NCBI GenBank assembly: GCA_951406725.2
Contig: OX597830.1
Coordinates: 60,884,001 to 60,948,000, forward strand
Source of the DNA: Octopus vulgaris
Lineage: Eukaryota
Reading direction: 5' to 3'
Length of the DNA stretch: 64,000 nucleotides
Notes under the pieces: generated by a model
The model's database searches: none
What the model was told of the DNA's origin: nothing
The model's input: only the letters and a program-made list of their open reading frames with translations
Program-made: the position numbers and the translations under genes
Part shown: piece after piece, positions 38,308-50,192 of the stretch
How positions within the stretch are numbered: the first letter of the stretch is position 1
Layout: each line of letters opens with the position of its first letter

Positions 38308-40147
38308 TAACATTCAATCTAAAATATGTCCAAGTACAGTTGGAGACTAATATGAAGTATGTTAAGAAATCAAATTTGGTGACTGGCATCCGTGCTAGCA
38401 GGGTGCAAAGAGCACCATACGAGCGTGATCATTGACAGAGCGGCTAATCGGCTTCCATGCCAGTGGCACTTAGAGGCCACCATTCGAGCGTGATCGTTAC
38501 CAGCGTCGCCTTACTGACACTTGTGCCCGTGCTAGTAGGGTGCCAAGAGCACCATCTGAGCGTGATCGTTGCCAGAGCAGCCAACTGGCTTCTGTGCCAG
38601 TGGAACGTAAAAGGGGACCATTCGAGCGTGCTCGTTACCAACGTCGCCTTACTGGCACCTGTGCTGGTGGCATGTGTTAAAGGATTCAAGTGAGGTCGTT
38701 GCCAGTACTGCCTGACTGGGCCCCGTGCCGGTGGCGCGTAAAAGCACCCACTACACTCTTGGAGTGGTTGGCGTTAGGAAGGGCATCAAGCTGTAGAAAC
38801 TGCCAGATCAAGACTGGAGCTTGGTGCAGCCATCTGGTTCGCCAGCCCACAGTCAACCGTCCAACCCATGCCAGCATGGAAAGCGGACGTCAAACAACGA
38901 TGATGATGATGAATATTTAAGCCTTGGGTTGTTTCTTATCCTGTGTAGGAGCCATATTTATTCAATATTCATGTGAGTATTTAAGCGATATCTGTTCTCT
39001 ACAATCCCAGTACCTTACAATATACCTTGCCAGCACCTTATAATACCTGTAACCTAACAGCTTTTAACATTCATAAGTGCACATCAAATATTCTATTTTT
39101 GTTTTGTACTTTTTCTGCTTTTTCCTTTTCTTTCTTTTTCATTGTTTCTTAACACAGAACTACAATAATCACCATCATCCATTTTTTTTTTAATGTTGGC
39201 AGAGGTTGGGATAAGTTAATGCAAAAATCTGATAATGGTAAGAGGGCAATAATGTAATAAAAGAGAAAATACAGGAAGTGAGAGGAGAGTCTAATTTGAG
39301 AAAGAGTGATGGGCTGCAAGGGAATTGGGTGCAACAAAATGAGACCAAGTAATGAGTTCAGTGAGAAATTCAACATGCAGGAAGGTGTCCAACAGGGTTT
39401 GCTTTTCAGCTCTGTAGTATTTATTATGATTATCCGGGCCATAACAAAGAATTTAACCTTTTTGCTATCACATTTCTGTTAAAATATATTGCCTTTGTTT
39501 CAATTAATTTTGAAAATAATGAACCAAATAATTGAACCAATCCTATGACTGGCACCCGGCAGTTGCCACGGCCGTTGGACTGACTCCTGTGCAGGTGGTA
39601 AGTAAAGAAACACCGTTTCGACCCTGTGCTTGAGGAGATCCATTGAGTCAAGTACACCAACATCAAAAATCAATGGAAACTGCAGTTGTGATCCCTGTGC
39701 CGGTGGCACGTAAAAAGCACCATCCGAATGTGGCCGATGCCAGCGCCGCCTAGACTGGCTTCCGTGCCGGTGGCATGTAAAAAGCACCATTCAAACGTGG
39801 CCATTGCCAGCCTCGCCTGGCACCTGTGTAGAAACACTGCCAGATCAGACTGGAGCCTGGTGCAGCCTTCTGGTTTCCCAGATCCCCGGTCGAACCATCC
39901 AACCCATGCTAGCATGGAGAACGGACGTTAAACAATGATGATGATGAAGAATTTAATAAAATAACTGTCATTATTTGGCTGGTGTTTGGAACATAAATTA
40001 ACATGGAATTTTGATGGGTTTTAATTTTAATCACTTTAAAATAAGAAGTTTGTATAATAGAACCAGGGGTAGTGTCAGGTAGGTTTGTATCCTTGGAAAT
40101 GCTTGTATGTCAATAACTTAATCCTCATAGCTGAATCCATCAAAATT

Positions 40148-40822
40148 TTAGAGAAGAAATTCCAATCTTCATCATCATCATCATCATCATCATCATTGTT
40201 TAACATCTGCTTTCCATGCTGGCATGGTTTGACTGAAGGCTGGCAAGCCAGAAGGCTGAACCAGGCTCCAATCTGACCTAGCAAAGTTTCTACTGCTGGA
40301 TGCCCTTCCTAATGCCAACCACTCTAAGAGTGTAGTGGGTGCTTTTTACATACCACTGGCATGAGAGCCAGTCAGGTGGCACTGGCATTGACCACACTTG
40401 AATGGTGCTTTTTACGTGCCACTGGCATGGGAGCCAGTCAGGTAGCATTGGCAGTGATCACGCTTGAATGTTGATTTTTACATACCACTGGCATGGGACC
40501 AGCCAGGTGGCACTGGCATCGACCATGCTCAAATGGTGCTTTTTATGTGCCACTGGCACAGGTGCTAATCAGGCGGTACTGTCATCGGCCACACAATGAC
40601 TTCACTTAGCTCAACAGGTCGTCGCAAGCTCATTTTATAGCCCAATGATTAAAGGATACTCTTAAATGGGCCGGCTATGCTGCACTGGCGTAGGCCATGG
40701 TTACAGTCTCACTTGGCTTGCTGGGTCTTCTCAAGCACAGCATATCTCCAATGGTCTTGGTCACTTGTCATTGCCCGCCTAAGGCCCAACGTTTGAAGGT
40801 TCTGCTTCACCACCTCCTCCAA
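40148..40822 (-). mobile_element. RTE 3' end (ORF end + UTR + (GAT)n)
   Basis: TLEEVVKQNLQTLGL..MTSDQDHWRYAVLEKTQQAK* followed by gttggcattaggaagggcatccagc and a (GAT)n tail. Shows that the many ggcgttaggaagggcatcc repeats are RTE 3' UTRs. Confidence 0.85.
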
Positions 40823-41037
40823 TGTGAAGGCAAAATCAAGAAGTAAACCTAGCAAAGACAAAAGTCTTTTTTCTTTTTTCAGGAAAGAATACAAAACTCT
40901 CCTGCTATCTTTTAAGTAATTATGCTTGATAGGCAGAAAAGGAGTTAGCAGGAGTACCAAATGGTGTACACATAAATTATGGGTGCACAAGAGGTGTAAT
41001 GGGATTACAAACAAGCCGAAAGAAAAGGAAGACTTCT

Positions 41038-41345
41038 CATGTTGTTTGTTCCTTCTCAAGCCATGCCTGGCTCATAAGGGCCGGTTTCCTGGTTTCTTGG
41101 TATATAGGTTCCCCACCTGGACGTGATGCCGGTCCATTGCAGGTGAGCTGCTAGATGCAGGAGGAAAGAGTGAGAGAAAGTTGTAGCGAAAGAGTCAGCA
41201 GAAATTCGTCATTACCTTCTGCCGGAGCCGCGTGGAGCTTAGGCGCTTCGCTCATAAACACACACATCGCTTGGTCTGAGATTCGAACCCGCGATCCCTC
41301 GACCGAGAGACCGCTGCTCTAACCACTAGGCCATGTGCCTCCACA
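41038..41345 (-). mobile_element. Third-family SINE, full copy
   Basis: Reverse complement of 37745-38060. Confidence 0.85.
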
Positions 41346-41813
41346 AGACTTCTCATGTGGCAGATGCCCATGAGTAGTTGCCAGCAAGAGCACATATGAA
41401 GTTTTTTTTGCTGCTTTTGTTGATTCCCATGACTGTGTTGCTATCCAATTCCATTATTATGAATTTGGATTGGGATCTTGAATCATAGTGAATCTTTCAT
41501 TAACTGATTACATAACTGTGGATGCTCCTTTTATGGATGCATTAGTAGCCTGGTGCTCCTAATCGTTGATCTAGGATCCCTCCTCTTAGCATCAATATAA
41601 GAAGCACCATTGGCTCATTTGAGCTCCTCCACTACCTCTTCACAATCCACCATGCTGCAGTCCCATGACTTAACTATATTCCTGACTGGATGGCTAAACG
41701 AGTGCTTTGCCTGGCCAGAGGGCAGCCTGTAACTATGCAGAGCACAGTTGTCACTCCATGAGTTATTTTCAAAATATCTGCATACCTTAACATCTGAAAT
41801 AAATTATAATAAA

Positions 41814-42180
41814 CTAGCACTATGACCTGGCATTGCCGGGTCATAGTGCTAGTGCATGCATATACAGCTACATGCGTGCACACATACACGCAGGTACTGT
41901 CAAAAATCTCCGACCAATCACATACAGCTAGCTGGCATTCAATTGGCGCATCAAGTTTTGGGCATTTTGATTGGGTTTTGGATAGAAAATTCACAAAAAA
42001 GTCACTTCTATTGATTTTTTAATGGCTTTACGGGGTGACTGGGGAAATGTAAAGATGTGCACGATCACCCTTGGATGGTTTTGAATGACCATAGAAAGTG
42101 TGAGCCCTCTAACTGAAAAATTGTGGATTTGTATAAAGGACACGCACAGACAGACATTTTGCCGTTTATATATAGAGAGA
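41814..42180 (-). mobile_element. Non-autonomous Helitron (same family, opposite strand)
   Basis: Reverse complement of 28568-28931 with the same TC...hairpin-CTAG ends. Confidence 0.85.
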
Positions 42181-43315
42181 TACTCAGTTTGCTTCCTGCA
42201 AATAGTCAACAGCTTTTGTTACCTCGGTGATCTCATTAGCAGTAGAAATGGATATTCCGGAAGTCAGAGTGAATATGTGGTGGAAAAATTTCTGAGAGCT
42301 ATTACTTTCTGCTGGTAACAAAAGGATTCTTTCTCTGAGTAGAAGGCAGGTTTTTTATGCTGCTTGTGTAAAGTGTGATGTTGTGTGGTAGTAAAACACG
42401 GGCATTGCATGTATTGAATGGGCAAAGACTGGAATGAAATGAGGTGAGTATGCTTTTTTGGATGTAGAATGTTGCTATGCATGGATGATGTAGCACAAAT
42501 GAGCCGAGGGAAAAGCAGTGTGTGAGAAGAATCAGAGCTAGTGTGTGCAAGATAGAAGGCTGCTTGAGTGTGGAGATGTGATGTGTATGGAGGATGATAT
42601 TTTGTTCAAGAAGTTGCCAAACAATCCAAATAGTAGGAACATGCAGAAGTGGAAGATCAAGGGAGACATGGGAATGAGTAGTGAAAGTTGGTTTCAAATT
42701 CTATATACTGTCTGCAGTCGTCATCATCATCATCATCATCGTTTAGCGTCTGCTTTCCATGCTAGCATGGGTTGGATGGTTCAACTGGGGTCTAGGAAGC
42801 CAGAAGGCTGCACCAGGCCCATTCTGATCTGGCAGTGTTTCTACGGCTGGATGCCCTTCCTAATGCCAACCACTCCATGAGTGTAGTGGGTGCTTTTTAT
42901 GTGCCACCCGCACAGGTGCCAGACGGGACTGGCAAACGGCCACGGTCGGATGGTGCTTTTTAACTGCCAAGTAGTCTGTAACACTCATCATCATCCTCGT
43001 TTAACGTCCGTTCTCCATGCTAGCATGGGTTGGACGGTTCGACTGGGGTCTGTGAAGCCAGAAGGCTGCACCAGGCTCCAGTCTTATCTGGCAATGTTTC
43101 TACAGCTGGATGCCCTTCCTATGGCATCCAGTATATTAAATTATATTAAATTATTAAAATTTTCAAGAAATGTATTACAATTTGGTATGTTGTCTTATAT
43201 CATCTTACCTTATAGTTTGTTTGTTTTGGTATAATCTGCTTCCTCTGTTATCAGTAAGATATCAGTTTGATTTATTCTTGAGTTTAAAAAATTTAAGATT
43301 AAAATTTCTTTGCAG

Positions 43316-43387
43316 CATGCCATAGTGATGTTGTCAAAATTGTGGAGCTGGCTTGTCAGCATAAAGTAATGATTATTCCATTTGGAG
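43316..43387 (+). CDS. AGPS: AGPS exon 6 (72 nt)
   Basis: tttgcag acceptor, (S)CHSDVVKIVELACQHKVMIIPFG(G), gtaagt donor. Confidence 0.96.
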
Positions 43388-44004
43388 GTAAGTACACTAT
43401 AATTTTCTACATATGCTTGCTTATATTTCTCCTTTACCACCTGGTTTAATAGAGAGATTAGCACTAGATTTTTATCTTGGCTTTTGATGCCTTACATATT
43501 CCACCACCTGTGAAATTCTTTGGTTTGACATAAATCCATACCTTCTGCTATAGACCCAGAAGATTTTCTTATAATGGCTTAAAACTTACAACTTTTTAAT
43601 TTAGAGTGATAATCAATCAGAATAACCACAGTACATGACTGGTATTTATTGATCCCAGCAGGATAAAAAATAAAGCCACTCCTTGTGGGATTTCAACTTG
43701 GAATATAGCAGGAGGAAATGGATTTAACATCAATAATGATAAACTTTATTTATCATTAAAAAGATTACCCAAGATGGAACATTAAGCAGACTTATGGTGT
43801 GGTGTTGTATGTAACTTGTTTCATCAATGTAATGTGGTAGTCAAGTTTGTACATATACATAAAGAACAAAATGTATAAGCCAGATATCTTGAATTAACAA
43901 ATTCAAACATTTATAGATTACTACAACTGCTGGACAACACTGCCATGAAAATAATATCTTAGAATTTCTTATTTTTACAAAGAGTGGTGACTGTGGTAGT
44001 TGGT

Positions 44005-44408
44005 TACTCTTTTATACTCTTTTACTTGTTTCAGTCATTTGACTGCGGCCATGCTGGAGCATCACCTTTAATCGAGCAACTCGACCCCGGGACTTATTCT
44101 TTGTAAGCCCAGTACTTATTCTCTCGGTCTCTTTTGCCGAACCGCTAAGTGACGGGAACATAAACACACCAGCATCGGTTGTCAAGCGATGTTGGCTGGG
44201 ACAAACACAAACACACACGCACATATATATATATATATAAATATATACAATGGGCTTCTTTCAGTTTCCATCTTCCAAATCCACTCACAAGGCTTTGGTT
44301 GGCCCGAGGCTATAGTAGAAGACACTTGCCCAAGGTGCCACACAGTGGGACTGAACCCGGAACCATGTGGTTGGTAAACAAGCTACTTACCACACAGCCA
44401 CTCCTGCG
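44005..44408 (-). mobile_element. Same SINE, full copy
   Basis: Reverse complement match. Confidence 0.88.
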
Positions 44409-44879
44409 CTCGCATTCAGATTCTTCTGTCAAATGTAAAACTTATTCATTCACATTGTTTTAAATTAATGATGCATTTTCTTGTACCTTTGAAATTTTGA
44501 TGATGTGATTGTTTATTTTGGGAATGGCATTGTAAAGTAGGTGTGAGAAGCCAGATCCAGTTGGTTTGACCATAAAACAAGAAAAATATTTGAGCTGGAT
44601 ATGGCCTGTTTAAGTGCTAAAGAGTTAAACAATGGTCAAATAAACAGACTAGTAGATGTTTGCAGTGACAGCTCTTGAGCCAGACAGTCAAAAGTTTATA
44701 TGAAGAATATTTCAAAATCTTGTGATATTGAATTTATTTAGGATTTCTTAGTTTTCACCTATATTTTACTTACCTTTTGTTGTTCTCTGCTATTATACAA
44801 GCAAATTCTAAAGAAAGAGTGGAGCTTAGACAACTGTGAGTCATACCATGGACGAATCATCACATTGTAGATGATCTCC

Positions 44880-45372
44880 TCAAAGACATACATCATCTCA
44901 AAAGAGTCCAGAAGCTGGCTACCCGCATGGTTCTTGGTCTCAAGAATTTGTCTTATGAAGAAAGGCTGAAGACGCTCGATCTTTATTCTCTTGAAAAACG
45001 CCGCCGCTGTGGTGATCTCATTCTTGCTAACATCATAAGCGGAAAGTGTAACCTCTCGAAAGAGCTGTTCTTCACTCCTGCTCCAGAGCGTCGGCAGCGG
45101 GGTCACTCCGAAAAGCTCTATCTGCGGCGATTTCATCTCAATAGAAGGAGAGGGGCTTTCTCCGTCCGGGTTGCGGATCCGTGGAATAATCTGCCGGACG
45201 AGATGGTGAAGTTGCCGACGACCGCTCGGTTCAAAGTCTCTCTTGACCAGAAATGGCTTGAACTCTTTGCATGAACACCCTCCCTGTACATAACTCCATG
45301 TCCCCCTACATGGCCTCGCTTTTTGCTTTTTGAGCCAAAAATTAACTTAACTTAACCTAACTTAACTTAACT
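44880..45372 (+). mobile_element. CR1-clade LINE 3' end
   Basis: RVQKLATRMV..LSYEERLKTLDLYSLEKRRRCGDLI..RGHSEKL..FSVRVADPWNNLP. 3' tail (ttaac)n. Confidence 0.9.
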
Positions 45373-46582
45373 ATCATCAGTGTTTGGAGTCCCAGTGACT
45401 GTTAATTAATTTTATTAACTCTAAAAAGATATTTGACAGCATTCATCTAGAGTCTCTGCGGAGCATTGTAAAACCTAAAGGATCTCAGAGCAGTACATCT
45501 CAATCTTTAGAAGTATTTGCTCTGTGAAGATAGACAAATGGGAAAACTTAATATTTTGACATCCCTGGAGTTTTCCATGGTTACATCTTGTTGTCGTTCC
45601 CCCTCCTCCTAATTGTGGTTTCATTATGAAAAACTAGTCTGCAGCAATGAATATGGCATCCAGTTGAAAGATTAGATGTCATTAATATTCAGAGTCTAGA
45701 TGTAAAGTGGTGAGAAAACCTTACTGAAAATGAATGCCAAGAAAACAAAGGTAACTGAGATTAGTCCAAGAACAGGGGACGCCACTTTGACAGCTGAAGA
45801 TCAAACCGTTGAAGATGTAAGTCATTTTGTGTGAATGCATAATGATGGAAGCACTGAAACTGCTGCCAAATGAAGAATCAGAAAAGCTTTTGCAGCATTT
45901 CAGTGAATGTACAAAATACATTCCATGTACACTCTGGACACCATAATCAAGACTCACCTGTGCAAAGCAGTCTATAGCTACTTTGAAAACATTGTTTAGC
46001 TTTTAATTAGGTTAGTTAATTCATATATTGATGACAATTTGACTTGTTTCTTTGCACTTAGAGCTGTTAGACAGTACATACTTGAAATGTAGATGAACTT
46101 ACGTATATTAAATGGTTTAGTTTTCTTGTAGTGTTTGTTGGAAAGAGAATTTTAGTAGCAAGTGTGCCAATTTGCTTTCGTGTTTGTGTGGTTAGAAGTT
46201 TGTTTCCCAACCACATGGTTCTGGGTTCAGTCCCACTGTGTGGTGCCTTGGGCAAGTGCCCTCTACTTTAGCCTTGGGTCAACCAAAGCTTTGTGAGTGG
46301 ATTTGGTAGATGGAAACTTAAAGAAGCCTGTTTTATATATATAGATCTATGTGTGTGTGTCTGCCCCCCCCTTACTGTTTGACAACCAGTATTGTTGTGT
46401 TTATGTCCCTGCAACTTAGTGGTTCAGCAAAAGAAACATATAGAATAAGTACCAGGTTTAAAAAAAAACAAAGTACTGGGGTTGATTTACAGTTCTATAT
46501 TTAAGAGATGAATAATTATGTACATTATTTACATTATTTACATTATATTCAATGGATATTTGTCCTCATCTTGTTTGTTGTT

Positions 46583-46625
46583 AACACATTTTGGCTGATA
46601 TACCCTCCAGCCTTCTTCAGGTGTC
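46583..46625 (-). ncRNA. Minimal hammerhead ribozyme motif (H1 copy C, decayed)
   Basis: Minus strand gacac-CTGAAGA-a-ggctg-gagggtatat-cagcc-AAAA-tgtgtt. Confidence 0.6.
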
Positions 46626-46800
46626 TTGGGGGAAATTTCGAACCGGGGTTCTCATTCCTAAGGTGTTTTTCGATGTTATTATTATTATTATTGTTCAGGT
46701 CACTGCTTGGAATCAAACTCGGAATCTTCAGGTTAGTAGCCTGTACTCTTAACTACTACGCCATACCTTAGGAATGAGAATCCAGGTTCGAAATTCCCCC

Positions 46801-46848
46801 AAGACATCTGAAGAAGGCTGGAGGGTATATCAGCTGAAACATTGTCTT
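46801..46848 (+). ncRNA. Minimal hammerhead ribozyme motif (H1 copy D, both core boxes intact)
   Basis: aagacat-CTGAAGA-a-ggctg-gagggtatat-cagct-GAAA-catt-gtctt. Confidence 0.7.
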
Positions 46849-47565
46849 AACAACAAACAAAATGAGGACAAATATCCGTCGAATGTAAATAATGTAAATA
46901 ATGGGGTTGATTTGTTTGACTAAAATTCCTCATGGTGGTGACCCAGCATGGCTGCAGTCTAATGACTGAAAAAAGGTAAAAGATACTTATATGTTCTCTA
47001 GGCAAAATGACAAGATTAAGAGGAATCTGAAAACAGCTGACAAGTTATAAATTGATTTCATCAATACTTTTGTACACTGACTGCTTTAGTTTACATTTGG
47101 GCTAGTGTCTTCTATGATAGCCTCAGGTCAACCAAAGCCTTGTGGGAGGATTTAGTAGTTGGAAACTGAAAGCAGCCCATTGTATATAAATACTGAATAC
47201 TTGCCAAGAAATTTTCACACCATATATCCATTTCAAACATGTTTACTGACTAAGCCTGGAAGAGTCTTCATGATCCAAAAGTAGCCCAAGGAATAAATCC
47301 CTTGTTAACTGCACCCAGCCCACAGATGACTGGTCTTGGGGAGGATAACCTGCCCTCACTAATGCCGGAATATTCTTAGATGACCAACTGACCATTGACT
47401 ATAATAGATTTCTGCCTCCCAGAGGTGAAGAGTTAAATCTTCTTTGGACAAAAGTGTGATGAATTGTCCGTGAAACTACAGCCTCTAAGGATGCAAAACC
47501 ATTGGTCACACTACGACTAAAAATTAACTTTATTACTTTAATATACATATGTAAATATATATATG

Positions 47566-47621
<56 letters not shown>

Positions 47622-47622
<1 letters not shown>

Positions 47623-48898
47623 CAGGTTATCCCATAAGTTCTGTCCGAATTTTGAATAAAGAAAACAAGTAATCGAACGTTATATTTAATTGCAATTTAA
47701 TCATCAATGTACTTTCCATGATTATCTATGACTTCCTTCCATCTATTTACAAGCTTTTTAATCCCATCAATGTAAAACTCTTTTGGTTACAAAGCGAAGA
47801 ACTCTGAAATGTCAGTTTCGACCTCCTCCTGGCTTGCGAAAGTTATGTCCCCCAAATTGATTCTATAAACTACGAAACAAATGGTAGTCTGAAGGAGCAA
47901 AGTCGGGAGAATAAGGTGGATGAGGAATTTTTTCCCAACCAAGCTCTTCGATCTTCTGTGATGTGATCTTTGCAGTGTGGGGTCGTGCATTGTCCTGATG
48001 AAACATCACTCCTTTTCGATTCACTAAAGCGGGTCTTTTTTTCTTCAAAGCTTGGTTCAAACGCTCTAATTGCTGACAGTAGACTTGAGCATTGATTGTT
48101 GCATTAGGTGGTAACAATTCAAAGTGAATTACTCCTTTGCAATCCCACCAGATAGAGAGAAGAACCTTTTTCCCATGAAGTTCCCTTCTCGGTTGTGGTT
48201 GAGCTTTTTCCCTTTTACCAAGCCACTGTTTACGACGTTTAACATTTCGATAGAAGATCCATTTTTCGTCACCAGTCACAAGTCTATCCAAAAAGGGTGA
48301 AATGAGTTCGCGAGAATGGAGAGAAGAGCAGATGTCAACTCGGGATTTGCTGTTGCTTTCGGACAATTCATGAGGCACCCATTTTCCAAGTTTAGGAACC
48401 TTTTCAAGTTGTTGAGGATGATGATGAACAGTTGTATGGTTTGAACTAAGCTTTCTTGCCAATTCTTCAACTGATAATGCAGGATTTTCTTCAAGTAATG
48501 CCTCAAGGAGCTTATCATCAAACTCAACTGGACGTCCTGTTCGATCTTCATCTTCAAGGCTGAAATCTCCACTTCTGAATTTTGCAAACCATCTTCTGCA
48601 AGTTCTTTCATCCAAGCATTCTTTCCCATAAACTGAGTGTATGTTTCTAGTTGCTTCGGCTGCAGAGTTTCCAGTTTTGTACTCATAAAGCATTATGTGC
48701 CTTAAATGCTCTTTGGATACTTCCATGTTAGAAAGGGTTTTAATCAAAGAAATTTTAATTCTATTATTCTGTAAAATAATATTTAATTAGTTTAAATATA
48801 CACAAATGTATAAAAATAATTTTTGATTCCATTAGACATTCTAAAACACTATTAAATTTGGACAGGTAAAATTGGACAGAACTTATGGGATGACCTGA
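47622..48898 (-). mobile_element. Full-length mariner (DD34D) transposon, 1277 bp
   Basis: TIRs tcaggttatcccataagttctgtcc / ggacagaacttatgggatgacctga, TA on both sides, inserted in a (TA)n tract. Confidence 0.95.
47697..48726 (-). pseudogene. Mariner transposase with C-terminal stops and frameshift
   Basis: MEVSKEHLRH..., WVPHEL, VTGDEKW, HQDNARPH, YSPDFAPSDYHLFRSL. Premature TAG at 47863, then the C-terminus (..GIKKLVNRWKEVIDNHGKYIDD*) continues in another frame. Confidence 0.92.
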
Positions 48899-48975
48899 TA
48901 TATATATATATATTTAAAGCAGAATAATAAAAAAAGGTTCTTTGTACAGTATAGTATATTTGAAAATTATATTTT

Positions 48976-49018
<43 letters not shown>

Positions 49019-49019
49019 G

Positions 49020-49250
49020 TGTGTGTGTGTGTGTGTGTGTGTCTTTGAGTCTGTGTTTGTCTTCCACCACCATTGCTTGACCAATGGTGGTGTGTTTATG
49101 TTCCTATTACTTTGTGGTTGAGCAAAAGAGACTGATACAATAAGTACTAGGCTTGCAAAGAATAAGTCCTGGGGTCAGTTTCTTTGACTAAGACCCTTTA
49201 AAGTGGTGCTCCTGCATGGCCACAATCAAATGATTGAAACATGTAAAAGA
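49020..49250 (+). mobile_element. Same SINE, 3' half
   Basis: Matches the body and tail. Confidence 0.8.
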
Positions 49251-49778
49251 ATGTGTTCAGTGAAAAGAGAAAAAAAAGTGAAATGTTAGTTGTTAGATAA
49301 GTAATAGTAGTCCTGCTTGACAAGGGCTGATCTGATTCAGCAGATGGATGTGCAAGACCATGTGAGCCTTGGCCAGCTCTAATTTTTTTTTTATATTCAG
49401 AACAAAGATCATATAATATCTCCTTCCTTTCTGAAAATAACAAGGTGTGATTTTAGGGAATTTGGTTTCTGTTTCTAGCAGGTTAAGTGATCACACAGAA
49501 GTTTCTTCTTTGGCTTGTTTGTAATGGTAGTAGTTGTAAGTGATGGTAGTTTTTGTAGTAGAAGCAGCCTTAGTAGGAGTAGTAATAACAGTAGTAATAG
49601 TAGTAGTAGTAGTAGTAACGGTGGTGGTGGCAGCAGCAATAGTTTGAGCAATGATACTAGTCATTGTAATACCAACAGCAATAATAGTATTAATAATTGT
49701 TAGGTAAATGAAAATGCAGTTTTACACGACTATGTTAATCTAACAGCTTTATGTATATTGTTTCAATTCTTCATTTAG

Positions 49779-49858
49779 GTGGCACCAGTGTCTCTGGGGC
49801 TCTGGAATGTCCTGCTTCTGAGAAACGAGTCATTATCTCTGTTGATACATCACGAATG
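49779..49858 (+). CDS. AGPS: AGPS exon 7 (80 nt), last exon visible
   Basis: tttag acceptor, (G)GTSVSGALECPASEKRVIISVDTSRM, gtaaga donor. Completes the PFGGGTS FAD-binding loop. Confidence 0.96.
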
Positions 49859-49964
49859 GTAAGAAATTCCACTACACTATATTGTTTTTCTGTTTTGGTC
49901 TTGCTATGAACTTTGGCAAATATTCCGTGTACTTCTGTTAGTTTCAGTTAAGATTTGGCATAAT

Positions 49965-50192
49965 TTAACCCTTTAAGCATTCAAACAGGCCATATCTGGC
50001 CCAAATATTCTCCCTGTTTTATGTTCAAACAGGCCAGATCCAGCCTCTCACACCTACCCTACAATGTCATTCTAAACATAGACAATCACATCATCAAAAT
50101 CACGAAGCTATGAGATAATGCAGAATTAATTTGAAATAATGTGGATAAATAAGCATTACAATTGATGAATTAATGTGAACGCAAAAGGGTGA
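49965..50192. mobile_element. piggyBac-like MITE (related copies at about 28529-29105, 34192-34292, 44410-44628)
   Basis: ttaaccctttaagcatt...aaagggt ends. Shared core ggccatatctggcccaaatattc...ttttatgttcaaac. Confidence 0.65.

Larger units (their letters stand above)
46489..46901. mobile_element. Inverted pair of hammerhead-bearing, tRNA-headed element (family H1), locus 2, with 12-bp TSD
   Basis: TSD tggggttgattt at 46477-46488 and 46902-46913 inside a host SINE. Minus-strand full copy has an A box (tggcgtagtagtt, 46751-46763) and B box (gagtttgattcc, 46709-46720). An inverted partial copy runs 46763-46901. Confidence 0.88.
46183..46985 (+). mobile_element. Older copy of the same SINE, host of the H1 insertion
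   Basis: Head 46183-46330, body to 46488, tail 46902-46985. Confidence 0.8.

Noticed and set aside
38405-38745. Repeat-spacer-like pattern (ccattcgagcgtgatcgtt)
   Set aside because: The intervening sequences are related to each other, so this is a minisatellite of the RTE 3' UTR.
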